The translations under genes were made by a program, and so were the position numbers. Positions 50,801 through 62,720 of a stretch of 64,000 nucleotides of DNA are shown piece after piece (position 1 is the first letter of the stretch; the number at the start of each line of letters is the position of its first letter). The notes under the pieces are model-generated. The model did no database searches and had not been told where the DNA came from. It saw nothing but the letters and a program-made list of their open reading frames with translations. Source of the DNA: Paragordius varius (taxonomy: Eukaryota; Animalia; Nematomorpha); NCBI GenBank assembly GCA_964247055.1, contig OZ176050.1, forward strand, positions 13,392,001 through 13,456,000, given 5' to 3'.

Positions 50801-53800
50801 TTCCTCTGATGATGTCCCAAAAATGTTATTATTTAGCACAAATTTGACTTGATCATTGAATAAAAAATAACGCGAGTTTTTGGTGATTTCAACTTGCTTA
50901 TGTTTTTCGCTTAATGTTTGAACAAAGTGGGGTATGTATCAAATTAATCGTCTGCGTATCGATTGCTAACGCTTTGATTTAGTTAAACGGGTAAAAACTT
51001 CTGAATTCTCCTATTACAGTCTTTGATTAAAAATATGGTAGTTTACTACCTATCATCTAGATAAAAAATTAAAACCTCTTTTATAGCGCCCGGTTTTGTA
51101 TTGATAGTGGGAACAGGTTTTTTGCCACCACCCCGATTCCAGCTTGTGGCGAAAAGGGATTGATTTAGATCCTCATCTTTGGAGTCATTAGAAATTTTTG
51201 AAATTTCTTTTTTATTTTTTGACTCAGCACTATAAACTAAAGGTATGTCAGAGATTTTGTCAGTTTTATCCACATTGTTATCAATAGGGCTGTTTGACTG
51301 CTCAAATATCGGTTTATTAGTGGCGTTAGTAAATATATTTGTAATTTCAAGATCATTTTTTGTTTCAGAAGCTAATCCAAATTTTTGTGGTTGCTCCTCT
51401 TTATCTAACACAAGAAAAAAATAAATATTAGTTATAAAAATTTTGTTAATAAATAATTTATTTTAAGAGGGTATCAAGATTATTCCATTGACGGTTTCTT
51501 TTAAGCCCAGGATTGACCCTTTACTTTAATATTTCATAAAAGTTCCAACTTCTTACAAAATACCGTTATTACATTAAAAGATAAATGCACAAAAAAATTC
51601 ATTGCGCCTTGCATTTTTATCAGTACGATGCTATTTATTCATTACCTATTGCTAAATGGTGTTTTGATAAAGTGTTGTTTTTAAAAATGGTTCCAATTTT
51701 ATTAGTAAAAACGCTAATTTATGGCCTTTTATATACCATCTTTGGTATGATTATCGATTTCTACAGGAAGGGAATCTTGGTTTGTATCGGTAATAATGTT
51801 AATCGTGGTGGCAATTTCTTTTTGTTTTAGATTGCTGGCAGATTTATCATTGGGTGAAATTTTGTCTGAACATTCATCCAAAATCTTTTTTCTTAAGGGA
51901 CGTCCGCAAAACGGACAGGAAACAAAGGGCTACACACAAAATTTGAGTTAAAAACTTAGTTATCTTATTTAAAAAAGTGGAATTAGATAAATGCATAATA
52001 TAATTGTAATGTGGAAAACAATAAATTTAAGATTCTTACTGATGGATATGGTGCTTTAAAATTAAAGGGAAACTGATTATTGATGTAGGAATCCAGCTTG
52101 ATTCTAAAAGTATTTATGTAAAATCAAAATTAAGTTTATAGAGATACATTTATTAACTTTACATGTTTAGTGTTTAATTTAAATACAGTTGCACATTAAT
52201 GTTGATACTCACATTATTTGTCAATTGGCAATACACTAGCGTCAGGATAAAAACAACAATTGTTGAATTAAAATTTTTTCCTATCTTACAACATTAATTT
52301 TATTTAATTATGTACTAATTGTGTTTCATAACGCTACTGTATTACCAATTGGCCAACAATATTGTGAATTGAGCAACATTAAAATGAATACTACCATTTA
52401 TATATTAAATTCACCCTTGAACATTTTAAATTGCTATAAACCATTTTAAATTCACCATTAAACATTTCAGATTCACCTTAAAGGTTTTAACCTCACACCT
52501 GATTTAAAATTAACCCTTAAACATTTCAAATTTATTCTCAAACATTCAAATTTTACCTTTGACCATTTCCATTTCATGCTTTGGAACATTTTTCACTTTC
52601 AAAAATTTTATATTCCCCAAAAAACATTCCAAATTGATCCTAAACGTTTAATAAATTATCAACATTTGAAATTCACCATCGAACATTTTGAATTTACTCT
52701 CTAATTTTGAAAATTCGCACGCTATATTTCAATTTCCTGAGGATTTAAACATCCTAAAATATTTTAAATTAACTGTTAAACATTTAATTACCCTTAAAAA
52801 TATCGAATTGACCCTTAATTTCAAATTTGCACTCAAATATTTTACTCTCAAACATTTGCAATCCACCCTATGCGATACCCTCAACATTCACCCTTGTTAT
52901 ACCCTAAATATTTCAAAATCCTGGAAATTTTTATTTCACCCCTGAAAATCTATATTAACCTCGCGTTTTAAATTCAGCTTAAAAATTAATTTTGTAGGGT
53001 TGGACTAAATTTTAACTGATATTTGATATTGAGTATTTGTTTGGTATTATTTATATTTTTTCTGTTTTAATACTCTATTTTGTTAATTTTCACAAAAATC
53101 AAAAACATAATTCTCATTTTTTATCAAAATGATGTAATAAAACAGAAAAAACAAATATTTAATATCCTGAATAAATTAATTTAGCGCCAAAACACATAAT
53201 TTGTTTTTAGTGGTCATTTGAAGTTTTATAGGGTAAATTTAAGGCGTAAATCGTAAGTTTATTTTTCTTAAACTTATTACAAATCAAAGAGCTGTATTTT
53301 TTAATTATTGGGTATCTTAATATATTATACAAATAGGTCACAATAAAAAGCTATAGGCGCATACCTACAACCGCAAAACATGAAAAAAAATAACACACAC
53401 TCATTTTTGAGCACTGATCAAGGTACTAATAAAATTGGCAAAACGTTATAAACATATTGATAATGAAAAGCAAATTAAAAAAAGCAACAAATAAACCAAT
53501 GATTAATTTCTGGCAGAATTTTAATTCAAAAATTCTCAAACCTTACCTTGTTTCAAATTCCTGACATTGATTGAGCCAACTTCGATAACTATATAAAATA
53601 AATAAAATTAATCTGAGATATTATTAAAAATATGATGGTAATATTGATTCATAATAAGCAGTTTTAAGATTATTTTATAATAAACCAATGTATCAGATGT
53701 ATAAAACGTGGATGTGTGCGTATATTGGAGCCTACTTCGGATATAATATCTTTATTTGGTCCACTTACTTTGTTGTTAAATTTGGATCCAGTATATTGAT

Positions 53801-56800
53801 CATGTTTGGAATCTCCTATTTATCAAAAATGCTTAACATTAAAAAAATGTTATAAATTTATTTCAAAAGAAATAGATATTTTTTGTTTTGTTATTATACC
53901 GTTATTTCCCAGAAATGTTTTTGAGTAGTTTATATTTTTCCCATCATCAATTCCGTTTTCGTTTGTCCTATTTTCTTGTTTTTGTCCTGCACACTTATTC
54001 TTTAGCAGGTAATTAGGAAAAATGACGGTTTCAATATTTAACCCAATAATCATTGCAGATAACAATGTATTAATATTTTCAGCTTCGTTGGAATATTTGC
54101 TAAGTAATTGAATAATGGCATTGCTATAAAGTTCAATATCTACCACTGATGAATGGGATAATTGATAATCTGTATTAATATAAAAGATTTTGATTAAACC
54201 TAATAAATGAATAGGATGTATCCATTAGATTGATATGCAAAAAGGGTATTGCAAACATTATATGCAGTACTAAAGTAAAAAAACAACCATTTTCAGATAT
54301 AAAATACAGAATAATTATATAAACCTTAAATGTAAAAAAATATTCCCGTTAAAAAAAGATATATGTATATATAATGAAAATATTATTATAATTATAGAAT
54401 CATTTCAACAAAATTGTAAACGTACATAAAATAACAAGATTAAAAAAAGTAATTACTAATAAAACATATTTATAAAGATAAAAAAATGTTTAATAAATAT
54501 TTTACCCAACATGATTCGAATGAGAGCTATACCGGGTTTTAGGGCACCCAGCGATATAGATTTACATAAATATTGGGTATAAATATCCCAAACGGTTTTA
54601 TCATTTCCCTTTGGGTAAATTGATGCCAAAATTAGCATAATACTAACTTCATCAATAAAATGTATATTTTGATTCTGGCTTTGTAATAAAGCTATCTATA
54701 AATATATTAAAATGAATTTAAAATTCATGTTTACTATTAAGTTATTTATAAATTATTCAAAAAAAACTCAAATCAGAGATAATATAAAGATACAAACATA
54801 AAAATAACGCCATATTTATGTTATGTTTGTCTAATTTTAAACTTTATCATAAAACTCACGGTAATGTTTTAAGTTTTGATAAAAATATTCTAAACTATTG
54901 GTTACCAAATCATATATCAAGTTAGGCGTGCCAGAGGTGTTTGATTCTGATAATTCCAAATATTTCGCCCAAAATTCAACCATAAAAGCAAACAAAGAAA
55001 TGCTAGATATAACATTTAGGCATTTACTTATATGCTAATATCATTGATGATGTTTTATCTTTGTAATCTGATTCCGATAAATTTAATTTCCAATGTTGGC
55101 CAGTTTTATTTAAATCATTAATAAATTGTTTCATAACGTATTTTTGAGAAGCTTTAAGATTTTGTAAGGTGTGCACTCTCGAATTACACATTAAAAGGAC
55201 ATTTTGCAATGTAATGGGGAAATGAGGGAAATTAAGTAGGGCCCCAAATAATTTTGTAATCAATGTTTCATTCTTTTTCTGGCCGAAAATTTGATCAAAA
55301 TATGTTTGTGTGCACATTCTATTGCTGTTTTGTTGCAAATCTTTATTAGAATTTTTTTCCCTTAAATTATTGCATAAATCCCGAAAGAGTGTCAAGGAAA
55401 ATGACATAAATATGGTTGAAAGAATTGAGATTTCATTACTATCCTCACAAAGTTGTTGTTCTTTGTTTGATTCAAATTCGCAAACCAAAAGATCGGATCT
55501 ATTTTTATGGTTATATTAGTAAAATTCTAAAAACTGATAAAAGCGTCAATTTTTAATATAAATATATAATATATATACCATTTACAATTCGAATTCACCC
55601 TTGAACAATTCAAATTCACCCTAAATAAAATATGTATTTTCGAACTAATATAACTCATTATTAATATGAAATATATATTTATGGCATAGTTTATTATTTT
55701 TTCAGTATTATTTTAATTCAAAACAAAATTTTTATTTTATAAAAATATATAAAATATAAGTAATTAAAAAAAATAAATTTTATTTGAGGGTGATTTGAAT
55801 TGTTTAAGGGTAAATTTGTATGGTTTAAGGGTGAATTTGTATTAATTAAAGGTGAATTTGAATTGTTTGAGGGTGAATTTAAATTGTTCAAGGGTGAATT
55901 TGAATTGTTCAAGGGTAAATTTAAATTATAAATGGTATATTAAAATGATAAAATTTACCCTATAATCAAGTTTTCTACAAACAGGTCATTATTGCTTTCA
56001 TTCCATAAATTCCATCCAAGCAATTTTAAGACGTTGCTTAAACAATCATTTGACCTATTATAAGATATACACTAAAAATTGAAATTATATGGACAAAACG
56101 TTATAAAGACATTTTTTTTCTAAAAGACAACCATACTTTTTCATACCTTAATTTATTCTAAAAATAAGTTAATATATGTAATTGATTATGTTTTCAATAA
56201 ACATCTCTGATTTATGCTTTGCATTATAAAACATCAGTCAAGATTAAAAAAGTATGGTTGTCTTTTAAAAAAATATAATTGTCTTTAAATTTTTATTTAT
56301 CCGTATTTTTTACTGTGGATACATTTTGGGAAAATATAAGTTTAGTCTTCTTTAAAATTAAAACTGTCTTCTTATAATTATTACTAATTTTTAAAACTAT
56401 ATCCTTTATTATAAACTACAAACATATTAGTGTGAAAATTTCTGTTCTGAAAAAAACCTTTCGTCTTCAATATTGTTTTTCGTTTCCATATCCTTTGTTC
56501 TAGTTTGATTAATTGTATCGCTAAATATCCATATATCTTTAAACGATGCAAGCATCTAAATTTTAAAAATATATAGGTTTCAAAAGTAGATAAGAACTAA
56601 TTTTAAGTGATGATAGATATGCAAAAACTAATTTTTGTTTAAATAAGATAATTGGACAACATAAAGTACGCGGAAAATGTTTTATAATAAACGGTGCTAA
56701 TTATAACAATTTGTATACCTCTTGACAAAGTTCCTCGCTAAATAATAGATTTGGTTTCAATGTTAATCTTTCAACGTTTTGTAATTTTAGGACATGTTCA

Positions 56801-59406
56801 ACGTTGTTTGAATCTTTGTTAATAGACAATGATTTTATCACATACTTTTCATGCATATCCTATATATTTTAAATATAATTTATGGTAAATTTTTTAAAAA
56901 GTGATATATACTGAAATGATAGAGAAATTTAAAATTGTTTATTGTTTCCAACTAAATTAGGATTTCATCAAAAAATTTATGCCAGATAACTCCTATTCTT
57001 TATAGTCAAAGGTGAATGATATCCAAGTAATAAGCATTTTCATTTTTTTAGATTAAATATGTGTAGTAAGATAAACTTATTTTATGTCAAAACAATGTAA
57101 GAATATCCATATTTTACAAAAAAATCTACCAAAGGTGTATATGGTCCTTGGTAAAAGATACTGACTATATTAGGCGACTTTTCTGTATGGGTTTTCCTGT
57201 CATCATCATCAAATAAAACCAATAATTTTGTTGGTGAATATGGATTTTCTTCTTTATTTTGCCGCATATTTAATGTGGGCCACCATGCAAAATCTCTTAT
57301 CGATTGATCTAAAATGAGTTTAATAAATGTAATCTAACTTTTTTTGGAAAAATATTTTATTTATCATTGCCATAAATTTAACATAATAATTTTAAAGTAA
57401 ATTATCCTATGGAATTAAAGTCGAAATATATTTGAAATTAATAAAAGTTCAGGAATAAAATAAATTTGTACCGTTGCATAATAATGTAATAAAAAACCTC
57501 CAGAAAAATATCTTTCATGCATTACACGGGTTACATGGATTGTTGTTCCTTCATCATTTGAAACTAAAATATGTCGGATAAAAAACTCATATTTTTAGTT
57601 TCTAATTCTTAAAAAAAGTAGTAATAATTTGGATTAACATCAAAAATCAGTCAAAAAATATGGAAGAAAATGGATATAAATCGATTTTTAAATCCAATTA
57701 ATCTACCTGATGATGAATTAACAATAAAGAGGTAATTATATTTTTCGTCGCTAGAACCAATCATGATTGAACAAAGCATCGCCAGTAAATTAGGCCTAAT
57801 TATGAATATAAAAATTTTAAATAGAGAATTAATACAAAAAATAAATTTTCACGAATTAAAATATCGGTGTAAATGTAAAAAAAATTTACTCTATCAAAAT
57901 AATCTAAATAGGCAAAAATATATAGAATATTTATAAAATAAACTGTCCAAAATGGTAAATTATAATTCATAACCTTTGATCGTTCCATTTAACACGACAA
58001 ATGTCACATTTAATATTTTTCGAAGTCGAATTAGAAGAAGATTGCAATTTTAGACTATTTATTCCATTTGTGGTAAAAACGTGAGAAAAAGAGTATTTTC
58101 CGATTAGAGTAAGTTGAGGTTTTCCATCTTTTTGGCCCAAATCATCAGTGGTACTAAGAAATCCGACATTCCATAAACAAAAGCAACACTATTAAAAACG
58201 TTTTAATTATTTTTTTAAAATGAAATTAACTATGCGATTTTGACAACGTAATTTTTTTCTATGTTAGCTTTTTTTTATATCTCCGAAGAAATAAAATCAA
58301 TTATAAATTTGAGTCATACCTTTATGTACATAATTTTTTAATATTTAACTGATGGATCAATCATAGAAAAGATCTTATATAAAATATATATAATATATTC
58401 ATTTTTGATTTTTTTTTAAAAATGAGCAATTTTGGTGCATAAAATAGAATTATAATCAAATAAATTTTCTACACTTATTCTGAAGGAATTGTAATTTATC
58501 AAAAATAAATTCAAAAAAACCTTATTTGTGGAGATTAAACGAGTGTTAAGAGGATCAATTGATATGTTATAGATATAATTGGTTGGTATGGTTAATTCAA
58601 CAACTTTGTCGTTTTTCCCATAAATTAAACCTAAAATTTTAATATATATAATATAATATTTATTTATTTTTATATAAACAAGGGTCTTAAAAAAAGATTG
58701 ACAAAAGTGAACTGGCTCACTTCGAAATATTTATTCCAAAAGTATAAAAAAATTATCGTTTTTTATATAATTGTACAAAAATTTAAGATGTAAATGGAAA
58801 TAACTTTTCACATTGACTACTCTTAATTCGGAAGTTTGGTCGGACAATCGAATCCCTGCAATCAAAATTCCCGTAATATTAATCCAAACAAAACTAAGGA
58901 TGTTTTCATTAATTCCTATGATATAAAAATATTATTTTACCGTATTTGGCAATGGGTAGGCAATTACTATTTTCTCCATTTAGTACCTGGTTCATATCCC
59001 ACAAATAAAAACTGTAATCGGTTTTAGATTTTTCGTAAAGGACGGTTATCTAAATTAAAATTTTTTGTTAACTGTATAATCATTGGTGCATATTTGTCTA
59101 ATAGGTCTGACTCGTTTACCGACTTATTTTTAGAAGCAATAACATACCTAAATCGACGACATGGCTTAAAGTAGAGCCATCAAATCTAAAACAAGTTGTC
59201 AAACCATTTTCCCTTCCCAAAACAATTACGTCTGCCGCAATCGATATCACCTAATTTTAAAAACTCGTGCAACTTTGATCTTCAAATCATCCTTTACTGC
59301 AATTATTTCAAAATCTAAATTTATTATTTAAAATTTAACCATTATTTATTATTTTTAAATTGTGATTGAATATAATAATATTTGAATATTGTGGTATTAT
59401 TTCCAT
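47892..59406 (-). CDS. MIOS: GATOR2 complex subunit MIOS (Mio/Sea4): N-terminal WD40, C-terminal zinc finger/RING
   Basis: WD40 exons: VIVLGRENG, KSKTDYSFYLWD, INENILSFVW..ILIAG, NISIDP, VKWNDQRPNLLAML, IRDFAWWP. C-terminal exons: PFVSCPFCGRPL (~51.9 kb), CDYCRKPLPRCAICL (~49.75 kb), NKWFCWCLSCHHGGHINHLEEWF (~49.25 kb) and DHVECPVSGCLCAC-stop (47892-47949). These match MIOS CRKPLPRCALCL / NNWFTWCHNCRHGGH / ECPVSACTC. The start at 59406 is tentative. Confidence 0.92.
48163..48555. mobile_element. Foldback MITE family F1, best-preserved copy, in the last MIOS intron
   Basis: TATA|CCATTTACAG...(TTGAACAATTCAAATTCACCC)x4...core...inverted x5...AATGG|TATA. It is absent from the paralogous site at ~15810. 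Confidence 0.92.
48737..49020. mobile_element. CAGTA-terminated MITE with long imperfect TIRs
   Basis: CAGTAAAAATTGAAATATGGACAAAACGTAAAAATATAAAGACAAATA ... inverted copy ending ATTTTTACTG. A second copy lies at 56070-56315. Confidence 0.82.
49990..51013 (-). mobile_element. Decayed Mos1-like mariner in a MIOS intron, sister copy of 13604-14734
   Basis: TIR remnant ttagttaaacgggtaaaaacttctgaattctccta. It shares derived features with the 13.6 kb copy (caccacatgt-aagtttc-aaatattaa; cgaagtcgctaaagtg). Confidence 0.82.
52395..52985. repeat. Degenerate array of F1-like ~21-bp units (old foldback arm)
   Basis: Repeated ttaaacattt(c)aaattcaccc-like units in one orientation. Confidence 0.65.
55578..55935. 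mobile_element. Foldback MITE family F1 copy in a MIOS intron
   Basis: TATA|CCATTTACAATTCG ... AATTATAAATGG|TATA with asymmetric numbers of 21-bp units in the two arms. Confidence 0.88.
56070..56315. mobile_element. Second copy of the CAGTA-terminated MITE
   Basis: Homologous to 48737-49020 (ggacaaaacg...aaagacaaccatactttt, plus the inverted arm). Confidence 0.75.
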
Positions 59407-59415
59407 ACATAATAT

Positions 59416-59950
59416 GGTTTATCATTTGATTCAACTATATCTAAATACCCCAAACTAAATTTGAGTTAATATTTTAAAACCTACTGAAAAAAACGGTCCT
59501 AATTTAAATTTATGCTTCTATCCTAATAAAAATTATATAAATATGCCAAAATATCTAAATTAAATTTTGTTTAAAAAAATTCCATGTCAAACTACTTCGA
59601 CGCCTTTTTTATTTTACTAAATTTTTTCAAAATATCATCCTCATTAAATTTTAAGGGTAAATTAAAGCTAATTTTTTATTTAAATTACATCAACGTTGAT
59701 AGAAATGGAAAAAGCGGTTTATTTTCAATTTTACCAATGTACACGTGTCATGTTAACTAGATCATTACCTTTCGATTTTAGCTTAAAATAAGTAATATCA
59801 AGTATTTTTAAATAAAACTTTTTATATACTTCGGTTTTTTAATGCTATATAAGTGCAAATGCTATGGTTTTGATTCCTTTTATATATTTAAAGTATTTAA
59901 ATTTAAAGAGGCATGGGGTATTTAACTACCCCAATTTGAATCGAAGGACT
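59416..59950. mobile_element. MITE family P copy immediately upstream of the predicted MIOS start
   Basis: Internal and right-end sequence is shared with the 25.5 kb copy; the left TIR is degenerate. Confidence 0.8.
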
Positions 59951-60416
59951 ATTATGAATGTCTTGTATCCAAGTAAATAAGACTGAAATGAATGTGTTGT
60001 ACCCAAGTTTTAATATATCTCTTTTTATATAAATAAATAATTCAATGGCGTTTTCAATTTACAAATCTTCATTTCAAAGATTTAGCAGCAAATTTATTGT
60101 TTTATAGTTGTTAGCAATTTTATACAACACATTGATGTCTGTCCTAGGATAATTTGGGTCTTTAATACCTTAAGCCTGTTTAAAATTAATACTCTAAAAA
60201 ATATGGAAGGAATCGAAACCATAAAAGTTTGCACTTATAACATTAATAACCGAATAAACAAAAATTTATTCAAAAATAATTGATTGTACTTGTTAGGTAA
60301 AACCCAATATAAAAATTTAGCCAACTTGAAAGAGATAACTTTATAAATAATAACTAAATCACTTTTTATGTTTCAATAGACGAAATTTAATTAAAACTCT
60401 TTATTTTATATTTTAA

Positions 60417-60975
60417 ATTAACACCTCGATTCAAATTGAGATACACAAATACCCCACACTAAATTTAAATTAAAATGTTTAAAAAACTACTGAAGGAAAC
60501 GGTCCCAATTTAAATTTATGCTTCTATCCTGATAAATTTATATAAATATGCCAAAATATCTAAATAAAATTTTGCTTTGAAAAAAAAGTTTCATCTCAAA
60601 CTAGTTCGACGCCATTTTTATTTTACAAATATTTGCAAAATATCGTCTTCATTTAATTTTAAGGATAATAAAGCTTATTTTTTATATAAATTACCTCTAA
60701 CATTGATAGAAATAGGAAAAGCGGTTTATTTTGTATTATTTTTGAATTTTACAATTTGACACATGTCATGTTGACTAAATTTTTACCTTTCAGTTTTAGC
60801 TCAAAATAAGGAATATCAAGTATTTTTGAATAAAATTTTTTATATATTTCGGTTTATTAATGTTATGTAAGTGCAGAATTTTGCCATGGTTTCGATTGCT
60901 TCCATACTTTTTAAAGTATTTGATTTTAAACAGGCCTGGGGTATCCAACTACCCCAATATGAATCGAAGGACTAA
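60417..60975. mobile_element. MITE family P copy
   Basis: ttaaacacctcgattcaaattgag ... ccccaatatgaatcgaaggactaa. Confidence 0.82.
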
Positions 60976-61843
60976 AATGAGTGTGTTGTATCGTCCAAGT
61001 GTTAAATAAACGATATTTTGCACAATACTAAATTTTATTTAGATATTTTTACTTATTATAATTTTTATTAGGCGAGACGCATAAATAAAAATGGAAGCCG
61101 TTTAATCTAGTGGTTTTTAATAATAAACTTAAATATAGTCTGGGGTGTGTAGATATCCCAATTTGAATCTAAATGTTAAAAATGAAGTCTTTGACAGCAA
61201 GTTTAATAATTTTTTAATTTAATTCAGCTGTTACTAAATTAATTTGAGTGCGCTCCATATTTTATATTACAATGTATAAATTATGTGAAATCATGTATTT
61301 TAAAATATAGACACACACAAAATAATATCCTGTATATATGTGTGGATAAATGTATAATCACTTTCATGGTTCTTTTTGTTTTGGGCCTTACGAGATAAAA
61401 ATTTGACACGCTTGTTTGAATCGGTTTTTATAAAACTTAAACGTTTTTATACCGTTCTTGTCATGCCTCATATAAGCACGCTTCAACAAAATTTTGTTAT
61501 AAATAAAATTTCTTAGCAAAATATCCATTCTTCGCAAAAAATATTTGACAAAATTTAGCATATATTTAAATTTGTTATTTCGCAATCCTAGTATTTTTAG
61601 TTTTATGAGAACTACCTGTAGTTTAATATATAATTTATTGATATTTGGTATGTATAAGGTTTCACCAAAATCTTTTTAACAAAGTGTGCCTAATTTTCCA
61701 ATTTTCTGATCCTAAACATTCAAATCCAAAATACCACGTCTGAGCTATCTAAAATAAATAATAAATTTATATGCTGTGCCAATATTGGAGTGATATTGAT
61801 TAAATCAATCGTTATTTGTAATTATTTTGGATATAACTTTAGG

Positions 61844-61890
61844 ATCAGTGATACCCAAATTGCAGCACACGGGCCGCATGTGGCCCTAAG
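61844..61890 (+). mobile_element. hAT (Charlie-like) terminal fragment
   Basis: CAGTGATACCCAAATTGCAGCACACGGGCCGCATGTGGCCC resembles CAG..CCCAA..CGGCCCGCGGGCCGCA hAT ends. A related end lies at ~18279-18320 and is duplicated at ~45800-45840. Confidence 0.5.
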
Positions 61891-62685
61891 AGTGCTTTTT
61901 TTATCGCCATGAATTATTTATTAATAGGAGTATAAATATCTGCAAAGGCAAACAGTAGTGAAATTTTTATCTTTATTATAGAAAAATATTTTTTTCGTTT
62001 AAAACATTTAGGTTAGAAGAATACATTTTACCAAAACTTTTGATGGTATAAAATAATATCTATAATCATTTTTATATATTCTTAAAAAGGATCAGCATTA
62101 TTACATTTAAATGTTCGACGATTTTTTTACCAAAATGGCCCGCTGTCCACATAGGTTCACAACTGTTTTCGACGCTTTACTTTTTAATATGCAACAGTAT
62201 AATAATTTATGTAATCCCTATTATCCAATGATGAACAAACCTTTTGATCATTTTCATCAACAGCTGACTGCTTAGATTCAGTTTTTTAGTATTCTCTTAT
62301 GTGCACGGAAATACCCAATTCTGTCGGATTTATAAAGCTGGGTTGCCTCCTAACCAAAATAAAAAAGCATAGCTTTCAAAACCCAATTAATTCTGTATAT
62401 AAATTGTTTTAGCGCATCAGGATTAACGATTATGCTTGTTGTCATGAGAAAATACATTAGCTTATGGTAGAAAATTCCAAATAGTTGCCCATTAAACAAT
62501 TTTTTTCTGTATTTTAATATTAATTTTGTCAGATAACTAATAAAATTATATTTACACCATACGCTATTGTAATTTGCATTGACATTAGAACACAAAAAGA
62601 TTATGCATAAGTTGACTAATTGATTTTGATAGGACAAAGATCCTTGATTAAACCAAAATGTAATTATCATTAATAAGCTAAAATA

Positions 62686-62720
<35 letters not shown>

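Noticed and set aside
55718-55912. ORF with NNSNSPL heptad-like repeats
   Set aside because: It is a translation of the 21-bp units of a foldback MITE arm inside a MIOS intron.
61388-62670. ORFs 61388-61585 and 62350-62670 as upstream MIOS exons or a new gene
   Set aside because: AT-biased composition, no homology recognised, and no consistent splice path found.
4346-62718. (TA)n microsatellites (e.g. ~4346, 10045, 10446, 25797, 26464, 46098, 47843, 62690) and a C13 tract at ~42322
   Set aside because: Ordinary simple repeats for a genome of this composition.
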